Origin: an uncultured Elusimicrobia bacterium
Lineage (GTDB): Bacteria > Elusimicrobiota > Elusimicrobia > Elusimicrobiales > UBA9959
Reading direction: 5' to 3'
DNA length: 64,000 nucleotides
NCBI GenBank assembly: GCA_903873295.1
Contig: CAIQNV010000143.1
Coordinates: 15,633-79,632 of the forward strand
In this document: positions 55,272 through 63,823 of the stretch, one piece after another
Layout: every line of letters starts with the position of its first letter
Position numbering within the stretch: position 1 is the first letter of the stretch
Translations under genes and position numbers: made by a program
Notes under the pieces: model-generated
The model's database searches: none
Told to the model about the DNA's origin: nothing
Seen by the model: the letters and a program-made list of their open reading frames with translations, nothing else

Positions 55272-56267
55272 ATGAGAATAAAGACCCAGCGCCTGTGCGT
55301 AAACACCATGAAAAGGCTCTGCCTCACCGCGGTTCTACTCGTCTTTACGGCAGCCGGCCTAAGAGCGCAGCTCAACGCCTACTTCGTTAACGTAGGGCAG
55401 GGCGACGCGATATACCTGGAGTTTCCTAACGGCACCAACGCGCTCATCGACGGCGGACCTTCCGGGGAACCGATCTACCAGTTCCTGAAAAGCAAGGGCG
55501 TCACTAAGCTCGACCGCGTCCTTCTGACCCATCCCCACAGCGACCATTACCGCGGCCTTAAGAAAGTCTTCACGGCTTTTGAGGTGAAAAATTTTTACGA
55601 CACCCGGGCGGAGAACGTGGACGCCCAGGGTGACAACAATCTGCGCGAGCTGGCCAAGGCGGAACCCGGCTGCAGGATAATCTACCCCGAGCCCGGCAGC
55701 GAGCTCAAATGGGACAGCAGGGTCACGGTAAAAGTCATGAACTCCTGCACCGAGGCGGTGCAGATGCACGACAATAACGAGACCAATAACTGTTCCTTGG
55801 TGCTGCGCGTTTATTACAACGGGAACGGCATACTTTTGATGGGGGACGCCGAAGCCCCCATAGAGAACGCGATGATGCGCATTTTCAAATCCGGCCTTAA
55901 CTCCACTTACCTGAAAGTCGCCCACCACGGGTCGAGATATTCCTCCACCGACAAGTTCCTGGAGCGCGTACAGCCCAAAATAGCCATAATCTCGGTCGGC
56001 AAAGACAATGTCTACGGGCATCCCCATAAAGAAGCCCTGGACCGCCTGCGCGCGGCCGGCGCCCAGATATACACTACCCTCGGCGGCACTCAATCGCTTA
56101 CTATTCCCGCCCCGAATAAGGGCATGGAATTGCTCCTGGACGGACAGCCCCAGTTCGGAGACCTCCTTTCCACGGAGGCCCCGAAGTTCAACATGGAAGA
56201 GCGCCCCTTTGAAAGCGCCGACGCCGCCGCTCTGCAGCAGCTGAAGGAAAACGCCGAAGTTAAATAA
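55272..56267 (+). CDS. Secreted MBL-fold hydrolase (ComEC/Rec2 C-terminal-domain-like)
   Basis: VNVGQGDAIYLEFPNGTNALIDGG and LLTHPHSDHYRGL, then KVAHHGS. An alternative start at 55308 (MKRLCLTAVLL) gives a cleaner signal peptide. Confidence 0.75.
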   Translation: MRIKTQRLCVNTMKRLCLTAVLLVFTAAGLRAQLNAYFVNVGQGDAIYLEFPNGTNALIDGGPSGEPIYQFLKSKGVTKLDRVLLTHPHSDHYRGLKKVFTAFEVKNFYDTRAENVDAQGDNNLRELAKAEPGCRIIYPEPGSELKWDSRVTVKVMNSCTEAVQMHDNNETNNCSLVLRVYYNGNGILLMGDAEAPIENAMMRIFKSGLNSTYLKVAHHGSRYSSTDKFLERVQPKIAIISVGKDNVYGHPHKEALDRLRAAGAQIYTTLGGTQSLTIPAPNKGMELLLDGQPQFGDLLSTEAPKFNMEERPFESADAAALQQLKENAEVK

Positions 56268-56287
56268 AGTTTAGTCCGGGAATAAAG

Positions 56288-56311
56288 ACGCGTCCGAAAG
56301 GGCGCGTTTTT
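56288..56311. terminator. Intrinsic terminator hairpin between convergent genes
   Basis: ACGCGTCC-gaaa-GGGCGCGT followed by TTTTT. Confidence 0.55.
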
Positions 56312-56313
56312 AT

Positions 56314-57054
56314 TTAAGGGAGGAGAGGTGAATCGATCGGCAGGCCGTAGGCGGCCGCCAGGCGCTCCGGGGAGAGCATTTCAGACTCCGCGCCGAAAGA
56401 ATACGCGCCGCCCCCGTTCAGGAGAAGCGCCTTATTGCAGCCCAGCCGCGCCAGCGCCGGCTCGTGCAGCACCGCCGCCACCGCCAGCCCCCGCCGGCCC
56501 AGCCGCGCCAGCAGCGCCATGATCTCAGCCTTATATTTAAGGTCCAGGTGCGAGGTAGGCTCGTCCAGCAGCAGCAGGCCGGCTTCCTGCGCCAGCGCCT
56601 GAGCTATAAAGACAAGCTGCCGCTCGCCGGTTGAAAGCGTGTTTATGGACCGCTCTGCCAGCGCCGTTATCCCGGTCTCCTCCATGGCCAGGCCGGCCGC
56701 CGCTCCGTCCTCGGCGCGATAACCGCGCCAGAACCCCGCCCGGGCGGTGCGCCCCAGCAGGACCGTCTCCCTGACCGAAAAATCGTAAGGGGTGGAAGTT
56801 TCGCTGGCCACATAGGCCGCCAGGCGCGCCAGCCGCCCAGGCTCGATCAATGCTGCCTCTTTACCCCCGAGCTTGACGGAGCCGGAAGACGCCTTCATAA
56901 AGCCCGTAAGCAGTTTCAGAAGCGTGGATTTGCCCGAGCCGTTGGGCCCGAGCACGCACATAAAATCCCCGGAGCGCAGCTCGAACGACAAGCCCTGTAT
57001 GAGCGGTCGCGGCCCGTAGGAAAAAGTAAGCCCGGTGACCTTCAGGACCGGCAT
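56314..57054 (-). CDS. ABC transporter ATP-binding protein (FecE/BtuD type)
   Basis: Walker A GPNGSGKST, signature LSTGERQ, Walker B LLLLDEPT. Start taken at ATG 57054 (MPVLKV), overlapping the upstream TGA by 1 nt. Confidence 0.85.
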   Translation of the reverse strand: MPVLKVTGLTFSYGPRPLIQGLSFELRSGDFMCVLGPNGSGKSTLLKLLTGFMKASSGSVKLGGKEAALIEPGRLARLAAYVASETSTPYDFSVRETVLLGRTARAGFWRGYRAEDGAAAGLAMEETGITALAERSINTLSTGERQLVFIAQALAQEAGLLLLDEPTSHLDLKYKAEIMALLARLGRRGLAVAAVLHEPALARLGCNKALLLNGGGAYSFGAESEMLSPERLAAAYGLPIDSPLLP

Positions 57055-57992
57055 CAGTTCTTCCCCCTTGAGCTTTTCCACAGCAGCCACATGAAGAAAG
57101 GCGCGCCGGCCAGCGCCATCACTACCCCGGCCGGAATTTCCGAAGGAGAAAAGAAAGAGCGCCCCGCCGCGTCCGCGGCGGTAAGCAGGGCCGCCCCGCC
57201 CAGCGCCGCCGCCGGCACCAGGACGCGCGCGGACGGCCCGGTCATGCGCCTTATTATATGCGGCGTCATCAGCCCCACAAAGCCTATTGTGCCGCCGATG
57301 GCCACAGCCGCCGAGGTGGCGGCGCAGGCCAGAGCAAAAAACAAAATACGCTCGCGCTCCGGGTCTACGCCCAGATGATACGCGTTTTCCGAGCCCAGCG
57401 CCATGGCGTCGAGGGCGCGCCAGCGCGCCATGGCCACCGCCCCGGCCGCCAGTATGATCAGCGACGAGGCGATAAGCACTCCGGGCTGGACCGAATACAG
57501 GCCTCCCAGCACAAAATAGAAAAGAGAAAAAGACCGCTCGCGCGCCGAGGTGAGGGTAAGCATTACCAGCGCGGAGAGGAAGGCGCTGACGGCCACGCCG
57601 GCCAGCACCAGAGCGGCGTCGGACAGCCGCCCGGCCAGCCGCGCCAGCCAGTAAGAGAGGAAAGTGGCGCCGAAAGCCCCCGCAAAAACGGCCAGGAAGA
57701 ACACGGGCGAAGTCCTTTCGATGCCGGCTAAAAAACAGAAGACCGCGGCGGCGGTGGCGCCGGACGAGGTGCCGAGTATATAGGGGTCGCTGAGCGGATT
57801 CTTAAGCACGCCCTGAAAAAGAGCGCCGGCAAGGCCCAGGCCCGCGCCGACGGCCAGTGCGGCCAAAGTGCGGGGAAGCCGCAGGTTAATGATGATGTCC
57901 GCGCTCGACCAGCCGGCGGGGCCGGCCGCGAGGGAGAACAGGCAGGCGGCCGCGAGCGCCGCGAAAAATATCAGGGATTTATTTCTTGTCAT
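57054..57992 (-). CDS. FecCD/BtuC-family ABC permease
   Basis: ~9-10 TM segments and a typical FecCD C-terminal region (IPAGVVMALAGAPFF). Confidence 0.85.
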   Translation of the reverse strand: MTRNKSLIFFAALAAACLFSLAAGPAGWSSADIIINLRLPRTLAALAVGAGLGLAGALFQGVLKNPLSDPYILGTSSGATAAAVFCFLAGIERTSPVFFLAVFAGAFGATFLSYWLARLAGRLSDAALVLAGVAVSAFLSALVMLTLTSARERSFSLFYFVLGGLYSVQPGVLIASSLIILAAGAVAMARWRALDAMALGSENAYHLGVDPERERILFFALACAATSAAVAIGGTIGFVGLMTPHIIRRMTGPSARVLVPAAALGGAALLTAADAAGRSFFSPSEIPAGVVMALAGAPFFMWLLWKSSRGKN

Positions 57993-58806
57993 CGAGATAC
58001 GCGGCCAGTTTTCTGATCTCGCTGAAAAGCCTGGGCCCGGGGCGGGAAAAAGCGTCGCGGTTCAGCCCGGTTATAATGCGCCCGGCCTTTACCGCTGCCA
58101 GGTCCTTAGCCATCGGGCGCGCAAGGAATTCTTCCTTTGTCCCCGAAAGCAGTATGACAGCTTCGGGGTCCAGCAGCAGCACCTCTTCCCAGGAGGCCTG
58201 GAAATAGCCTCTTTTTTCTCCCCCGAAAATATTCCTGCCTCCGGCCAGCCGCACCGCGTCGGAAAGAAAAGACCGCCCCCCGGCGGTCCAGCCGCCGCTA
58301 TCCGCCTCCAGATAAACCTTCAGCGGCTTTTCAGGAAGCTTTTCGGGCATAAGGGCTGAAAGCCTCTTGATGAGATTCTCTCCGGCCCGTTTGACTCCCA
58401 GTTCGGCGGCTATTAGGCGCACCGCCCCTAAAATTTCGTCCGCGCTTTTTTCTTCCGGCAGAGAAACCACTTTAACGCCAAGCGAGGAAAGCTGCTTCGA
58501 GGAGGAGGAATCGGCCCAGGCCCCGGCGAATACGATGTCGGGCTTAAGCGAATAGATCTTCTCTATATTCGGGCGCAGATAATCACCGGTCTTTTCTATT
58601 TTCGCGGCAGCGGGAGGCCAGTTGCAAAAATTAGAGACCCCGACAAGGTCTTTTCCCGCGCCCAGCTCGAAAATTATCTCGGTATAGGAAGGCATCAGGG
58701 AAACGACGCGCCGGGCCTGTAAAGGGAGAGCCGCGGCAATGATCAAAAAAGGCAGCGCGGCGAGAACCGGCGCTATTTTATTATCTTTTAAATTTATGCG
58801 TCCCAT
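57979..58806 (-). CDS. Periplasmic binding protein (BtuF/class-III cluster A type)
   Basis: RVVSLMPSYTEIIFELGAGKDLVGVS and KPDIVFA are typical of BtuF/FhuD-like binding proteins. Immediately downstream of a cobalamin riboswitch. Confidence 0.8.
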   Translation of the reverse strand: MGRINLKDNKIAPVLAALPFLIIAAALPLQARRVVSLMPSYTEIIFELGAGKDLVGVSNFCNWPPAAAKIEKTGDYLRPNIEKIYSLKPDIVFAGAWADSSSSKQLSSLGVKVVSLPEEKSADEILGAVRLIAAELGVKRAGENLIKRLSALMPEKLPEKPLKVYLEADSGGWTAGGRSFLSDAVRLAGGRNIFGGEKRGYFQASWEEVLLLDPEAVILLSGTKEEFLARPMAKDLAAVKAGRIITGLNRDAFSRPGPRLFSEIRKLAAYLDDKK

Positions 58807-58839
58807 ATTAAAAAAGCCCGGCCGAAAGGTCGAGCTTTA

Positions 58840-58960
58840 TCTCTCCCCCTCGGAATGCCGGACGCTTCCGTCCGTGCTGGCAGTAGACCGGGCTTAGCCC
58901 TGAGGCATCACCGTTGCGGGGCAGCCGGGGAATCGCACCCCGTTCCTTCTGCGACAACAA
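58840..58960 (-). promoter_or_regulatory. Cobalamin (AdoCbl) riboswitch
   Basis: Minus strand reads AAGGAACGGGGTGCGATTCCCCGGCTGCCCCGCAACGGTGATGCC...GGGCTAAGCCCGGTCTACTGCCAGC. This matches the conserved GGUG.GAUUCC / CUGCCCCGCAACGGU core and a B12-box-like AGCCCGGUCUACUGCC. A TATAAT sits just upstream on the minus strand (58962-58967), and a weak hairpin plus U-run precedes the ATG at 58806. Confidence 0.8.
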
Positions 58961-59003
58961 AATTATAATACTAAATCCGCAACGATACCTGTAGAGTTAA
59001 TGC

Positions 59004-60275
59004 TCAGGCCGCGGGGATGGAGGTTATAACCGCAAGGCCGCCCCCCTCGCGGTTGTGCAGCTTTATCCCACCGTCGTTGCGCATCAGCAGATCGCGCGTT
59101 ATAAGCAGCCCGACCCCGGTGCCGTCCTTCTTGGTGGTAACGGAATTATTAAAAAGCGTCTTCAGCACTTCTTCCGGGATGCCGGGACCATTGTCGGAAA
59201 TTGAAACCCTTACCTCTTTTCCCTCCCGCTCTATGGCTATCTCTATCTTCTTCCCGCCGGTATTTCCGCCGACAGCCTCTACCGCGTTTTTAATTATATT
59301 GAAGTAAGCCTGCTGCAGGTCGATGCGCGAGGCGTTCACGGACAAATCCTTGCTTTCCGGAGCCGAAGTCTCGAACTTTACGCCCTTAGCCTGCGGGGAA
59401 AAGGCGATTATCGCCAGCAGGTTGTGCATAAAATCGCTGAGCGGGATTTTTTCGCAGGCCGGGCCTCCGGGCTTGCCGAAGCGCGTTATGGCGTGAAGGG
59501 ATTCCGCCATGCCTGTCACGGTTGAGTTGAGATCTTCCAGCAGCTCCGTATCTTCGGGGGTTTTTACCTTGGCCATTTCACACTGTATATAGCCGGAGAT
59601 GCACGATAAGGGGCCGCGCAGGTCGTGCGCGATGCGATGGGCTATCACGCCTATCGGCGTCGCGGAGTTAAGCTCGGAGAATTTCCGCAGCAGCACCTCT
59701 TTCTCCGCCCCCTCCCGCTCAAGCTTGGCGCGCAGGTTGTCGATTATACGATGCACTGTGCTGCGGGTCTGCGCCAGATAAAAGGCCGTCACGGCGGCTA
59801 TCAGTAAAGTGGCGGGCAGACTGCCGTAAACTTCTGAAGCCCGGGAATTAGTTTGAGGGAGAAATCCGGAAAACTGCCCGGCCACCACCAGCAGGTAACC
59901 CGCCAGCGACACCGGGAGCGTTATCGGATTTTCAAGCCCGTAAAGCGCTTCCGAGATAAGAATACAGAAGTAAAAAAAGATAAGGGGGGAAACTATACCG
60001 CCGGTTAAATGGACCACGAGGGTGAGCAGGAGCACTCCCAGCACGCTCACCGTGACTCCAATTTCGTAATAACAGGTCTTGCAGATCCGGTCAAATAGCA
60101 GGTAATAGGTGAAGTAGCCGGCCGAAGCCAGGAGAGCTGTGCAGGCTGCGGCCTTAAGGGAAGGGAAGCAAACGACGAAACAAGTAAGCGCCGCAAAGAG
60201 GGACGTAAAGCCCGTCAACAGGATCTGCCGCCTCAGCAGATCTTTATTTTTTGTATCGGGGCCGTTCTGTGTCAT
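59004..60275 (-). CDS. Membrane sensor histidine kinase
   Basis: Start taken at ATG 60275 (MTQNGPD), just after the upstream stop. ~5-6 TM N-terminal domain. H-box IAHDLRGPL. HATPase blocks NIIKNAVEA, DNGPGIP and GTGVGL. Confidence 0.8.
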   Translation of the reverse strand: MTQNGPDTKNKDLLRRQILLTGFTSLFAALTCFVVCFPSLKAAACTALLASAGYFTYYLLFDRICKTCYYEIGVTVSVLGVLLLTLVVHLTGGIVSPLIFFYFCILISEALYGLENPITLPVSLAGYLLVVAGQFSGFLPQTNSRASEVYGSLPATLLIAAVTAFYLAQTRSTVHRIIDNLRAKLEREGAEKEVLLRKFSELNSATPIGVIAHRIAHDLRGPLSCISGYIQCEMAKVKTPEDTELLEDLNSTVTGMAESLHAITRFGKPGGPACEKIPLSDFMHNLLAIIAFSPQAKGVKFETSAPESKDLSVNASRIDLQQAYFNIIKNAVEAVGGNTGGKKIEIAIEREGKEVRVSISDNGPGIPEEVLKTLFNNSVTTKKDGTGVGLLITRDLLMRNDGGIKLHNREGGGLAVITSIPAA

Positions 60276-60294
60276 AAGGATAGCGCCGCGCGGC

Positions 60295-60999
60295 TCAGGA
60301 AAGCCCCAGCGGTTTAAGCGCGCGGCCCAGGTCGGCCGAGAAAGCGGTCTTAAGCAGCGCCGCCGGGCGGCCCAGGGCTTTTTCAAGCCCGCTGTCCCGC
60401 CTTATGACCGCGGCCGCGCCCTTCGCCTTTCCCCCCTCCGACATATTTTCAACCACGCCCAGCACCGGGACCTTAAGACCCCGGTAAAGTTCCAGGGAGC
60501 GGGCCAGCACGTCGCGGGCTATCAAAGATGGCGTGGTAACGGCCAGCACTTCCGCCTTCCGCGCGAAGCGCATGACGTCCAGCGCCGCGTCGTTTATGCC
60601 GGGAGGCATGTCCAGCACCAGGAAGTCCAAGTCCCCCCACTGCGTTATGGCCAGCAATTCTATTATAGCGTCGGAGACATTGGCGCCGCGCAGCGGCACG
60701 GCTTTGTTCTCGGAAAAAAATACCACCGACATGAACTTGATCCCTTCCAGCAGCGGCGGCTCAAGGCCTTTTTCCTCTTTAGGGAACAGGCCCTTGGCGC
60801 CCAGAATAAGATGATCGGAAGCCCCGGCGAAATCAAGGTCGAACAGGCCGGTCTTATAACCCTTTTTCGCCAGCAGCAGCGCCAGAGCGCAGGCCGTAAC
60901 GCTTTTGCCGATACCGCCCTTCCAGCCGGTAACGGCGATGATGCGCCTGACGTTCTTAAGGCGTTCGTCGATAACGGAGGGGCGAGGGTCGAGGTTCAT
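60295..60999 (-). CDS. MinD/Mrp(ParA)-family P-loop ATPase, possible ATPase-type HypB
   Basis: Deviant Walker A GWKGGIGKS. LVLDMPPG switch region. 4-nt overlap with upstream hypA. Confidence 0.7.
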   Translation of the reverse strand: MNLDPRPSVIDERLKNVRRIIAVTGWKGGIGKSVTACALALLLAKKGYKTGLFDLDFAGASDHLILGAKGLFPKEEKGLEPPLLEGIKFMSVVFFSENKAVPLRGANVSDAIIELLAITQWGDLDFLVLDMPPGINDAALDVMRFARKAEVLAVTTPSLIARDVLARSLELYRGLKVPVLGVVENMSEGGKAKGAAAVIRRDSGLEKALGRPAALLKTAFSADLGRALKPLGLS

Positions 61000-61400
61000 T
61001 TATCGCCCTTGATATAGCTGATGCTTACGCCGCGCCCGGCGGCTATTTCAAAATCGGGGCTGCCGCACTTGGGGCATTTCAGGAAAGTGTGCGCCATCTC
61101 GGGCACGAAGTGGATGAACTCGGCTTCGTCTTTTGTTTTCTTCAGGCCTTTCAAGGGGAACTCATGGGAGCAGGCCTTGCAGCGGAAAGCCGCCGGCTGT
61201 TTTGTTATCTTGAATTTACAGGCCGCGGCGCCTGGGAACTGTTTGCGGAGCTCCTCCAGGGCAAAGGTAAAGATCTCTTTATCTATCGCCTGCAGCTCGC
61301 CGAAGACCACGCCGGTCTCATTAAGCTTTTTAAATTTTTCATTCCCGGCGTGTTCGACCGCCGCTTTTATGACAGATTCGGCCAGAGCCCATTCGTGCAT
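60996..61400 (-). CDS. hypA: Hydrogenase nickel-insertion protein HypA
   Basis: N-terminal MHEWALAESVI (Ni-binding MHE motif). Zn site CKAC...CPKCGS. Confidence 0.85.
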   Translation of the reverse strand: MHEWALAESVIKAAVEHAGNEKFKKLNETGVVFGELQAIDKEIFTFALEELRKQFPGAAACKFKITKQPAAFRCKACSHEFPLKGLKKTKDEAEFIHFVPEMAHTFLKCPKCGSPDFEIAAGRGVSISYIKGDK

Positions 61401-61457
61401 ACACTAATTATATAAATTAACCCGCCCCAACCGAAGTTTTTTAAATCCGGCTTTATC

Positions 61458-62150
61458 TCATTTCTTCCGGCTCACCGTCAGCTGATCTTTTACCGGGTCA
61501 TATTTAAAGCTGAAACCGCCCGCTTCAGGCGGAAGCGCTTTAACCGTGTAAGCCTTCATTTTCCCGGGGAAATCAGCGGAGCATAGGCGGTCCAGGTCCC
61601 GGAAGCCGTCCTTTCCGGGGGCCGGAAGAACCCAGGGATGGGTCTTGACCAACAGGGTTTTCAGAGGCCCGAGGGAAAGGTTTTCGTCTTTAATGGCGAA
61701 ATCCCCGGTCTTATCAGGGAGCCGCAGACTGGAGCCTTTATACCCGAGGTAGTGCCGGCCTGAGCAGACTACGGCCGCCCAGGACAGCGCGGGCGCTGAG
61801 CCGGGCCCTGAATATTTGATAAAAAGGGAAGCTCTGAACCCCGAACGCGCCTCTTCGTCTTCCGCCCTGGGGAAAGTTATCTCCGCCCTTTGCTCTTCGC
61901 CGTAGATAAACACCGTTACGGCGCTGTCCAGCCGCACGCCGCCCGCTTTGGCCCTTGAATAATAGCCTGTATCGGTGGGCGGCGGGACGGGAGGGATCTC
62001 ACCGCACGGCAGGTTCGGGAGACTTGAAATTCTCACGGAATTCAGCCGGAACTCCGGCAGCTTTTTTTCCCCGGCGGCCAGGCCTGCGCTTACAGGCCCC
62101 AGCGCGAGGCTGAGCAGCAGCGCCAGTTTTTTTACCGCCTCGCTTTTCAT
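61458..62150 (-). CDS. Secreted hypothetical protein
   Basis: Signal peptide KKLALLLSLALGPVSAGLAA. No recognised domain. Confidence 0.5.
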   Translation of the reverse strand: MKSEAVKKLALLLSLALGPVSAGLAAGEKKLPEFRLNSVRISSLPNLPCGEIPPVPPPTDTGYYSRAKAGGVRLDSAVTVFIYGEEQRAEITFPRAEDEEARSGFRASLFIKYSGPGSAPALSWAAVVCSGRHYLGYKGSSLRLPDKTGDFAIKDENLSLGPLKTLLVKTHPWVLPAPGKDGFRDLDRLCSADFPGKMKAYTVKALPPEAGGFSFKYDPVKDQLTVSRKK

Positions 62151-62212
62151 AAGCCCGGCCTTTTCCCGCCCGGAAAGCCCGCCCGGAAGGACGGGCCTCC
62201 CGCGTCCCGCTG

Positions 62213-63253
62213 TTATTTGAACAGCTTCCGGAAGCTCGCTATCTCCATCGGACGCATCTCCATATCCCCGGCCGCGCGCCGCACCAGGACTATATTGCCG
62301 GCCTGCGCGAAGCTGAGCGCCGCGTACTGCGCCTCATTGGGATTACAGAGGAGCTGCACCACGCCGGTCCCGGCCGCTGTCTCCGGCCTGTGCACCTTTA
62401 CTACGACCACGTTCTGCAGTATGGTGGCTGTGACCTTATCTTTGGTGCCGGAGCCCATCTGCGCGTCGAAAGTCACGAGCATATCCACCCTGTCCCCGCT
62501 CTCGAGGAACAGCGCCTGCGAGCCGGCAACCTTCACACTTACCCCCCTGTACCCCGGGAGCAGCCGCGCCTCCGGAGTGTATTTCGGCTTGAATTTCCCG
62601 CCGGGAGCGGCCCGCGGCGCTTCGAACAGCTGCGCGAATACCTCGCGGCTGAGCTTCAGCCCTCCGGAGGCGCTCTTATTGAAGGCCTCCTGGTCGCCTT
62701 TCTCTACGGCGCGGGTCATGGCGTCCAGGCGCTCAATGACGGTATTCATTGTGGCGAGGAGAGCCGTTCCCCTGCCGCCGAAGGAGCCCTCCAGCTCCGC
62801 CCTGGTGATGCGGTCGAGGCTCATGATGAAGCGCAGGCGCATATCGTTATACTGCGCCTCAAGGGCGGAAAGAGGCGCTCCCGCCCCCCCCTCCGACGGA
62901 GGCAGCGTTTTTTTAGTCGTAGCGGCCAGCTCGTAAAGGATGGAGAACGCCGTCTGCCAGAGCCCGGCTTCGCTCAGCTTCCCCTCCTCCGGGTCCGTCC
63001 AGACCTTCCGCTCGCGCATGGCCGGCAGATCTTTTTCAAGCCAGCCAGGCATCTTAAGCGTGGCCTGCGCGCCGTGGCATTTGGTGGGACGCTCCGTCAC
63101 GGTCTTGCCGGGCTCGGGCGCCAGGTAGTAATAAAGCACCTGCATATCCTCCGTCGCGCAGTTCACCTCTTCGGCGGTGAGGGCGGCGCAGTATCCCGCC
63201 GCGGGGGCGGCCAGCAGGGCCGACAGCATGAGAATAATTATCCTGATCTTCAT
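62213..63253 (-). CDS. CpaB/RcpC-like (Flp pilus assembly) C-terminal-domain protein with novel N-terminal region
   Basis: Signal peptide. C-terminal LPGYRGVSVKV...SGDRVDMLVTF...ILQNVVVVKV...LLCNPNEAQYAALSFAQAGNIVLVRR fits the CpaB RcpC-domain pattern. No SAF domain seen. Confidence 0.55.
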   Translation of the reverse strand: MKIRIIILMLSALLAAPAAGYCAALTAEEVNCATEDMQVLYYYLAPEPGKTVTERPTKCHGAQATLKMPGWLEKDLPAMRERKVWTDPEEGKLSEAGLWQTAFSILYELAATTKKTLPPSEGGAGAPLSALEAQYNDMRLRFIMSLDRITRAELEGSFGGRGTALLATMNTVIERLDAMTRAVEKGDQEAFNKSASGGLKLSREVFAQLFEAPRAAPGGKFKPKYTPEARLLPGYRGVSVKVAGSQALFLESGDRVDMLVTFDAQMGSGTKDKVTATILQNVVVVKVHRPETAAGTGVVQLLCNPNEAQYAALSFAQAGNIVLVRRAAGDMEMRPMEIASFRKLFK

Positions 63254-63274
63254 AAGTCCTCCTCGGGCCCTTGA

Positions 63275-63799
63275 TTATTTTATCAGCTTGCGGAAGCTGG
63301 CCATCTCCATCGGGTGCAGTTCCGTATCGCCGAAAGCGCGCACGCTTATGTGGATATTCCCCTGGCCCAGGGCCAGGGCCGCGTACTGGGCCTCGACGGG
63401 GTTGAGCAGGAGCTCCACCGCCCCGAGGTCGTCCACCTTCGCGGGCCTGCTCACGTTCAGCACTATGATGTTCTGCAGGATGGTCGAGGTGATCTTCTCC
63501 TTGCGCTCCGTTTTATCCTCGCTCTGCATCACGGCGTCGAAGGTGACCAGCACGTCGACGCGGTCGCCTTTCCTGACATAAAGGAGCTGATCACCGCCCA
63601 GAGGGAGGGAAGTTGCCCTGTAGCCATGCGCCAGCGCCACGGGCGGCGCCGCCCGGTCCGGGGGAGAAACGGCGGCGGACACCGCCGGGGTCCCGGTGGA
63701 AACCGCCGCCGGCTCCGCCGGGCCCGCTCCTGCCGCGCGCGGCGCCGCCGGCGCCGTCAGCACGGCCGCGCACACTATCGCGAGTTTAATTGTTTTCAT
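63275..63799 (-). CDS. Short CpaB/RcpC-like protein (paralogue of 62213..63253)
   Basis: Signal peptide plus Ala/Pro-rich linker. YRATSLPL...KGDRVDVLVTF...ILQNIIVLNV...LLLNPVEAQYAALALGQGNIHISVR. Shares the C-terminal PMEMASFRKLIK tail with its neighbour. Confidence 0.55.
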   Translation of the reverse strand: MKTIKLAIVCAAVLTAPAAPRAAGAGPAEPAAVSTGTPAVSAAVSPPDRAAPPVALAHGYRATSLPLGGDQLLYVRKGDRVDVLVTFDAVMQSEDKTERKEKITSTILQNIIVLNVSRPAKVDDLGAVELLLNPVEAQYAALALGQGNIHISVRAFGDTELHPMEMASFRKLIK

Positions 63800-63823
63800 A
63801 AGGCCTCCTTTCGTTCCGCCCGC

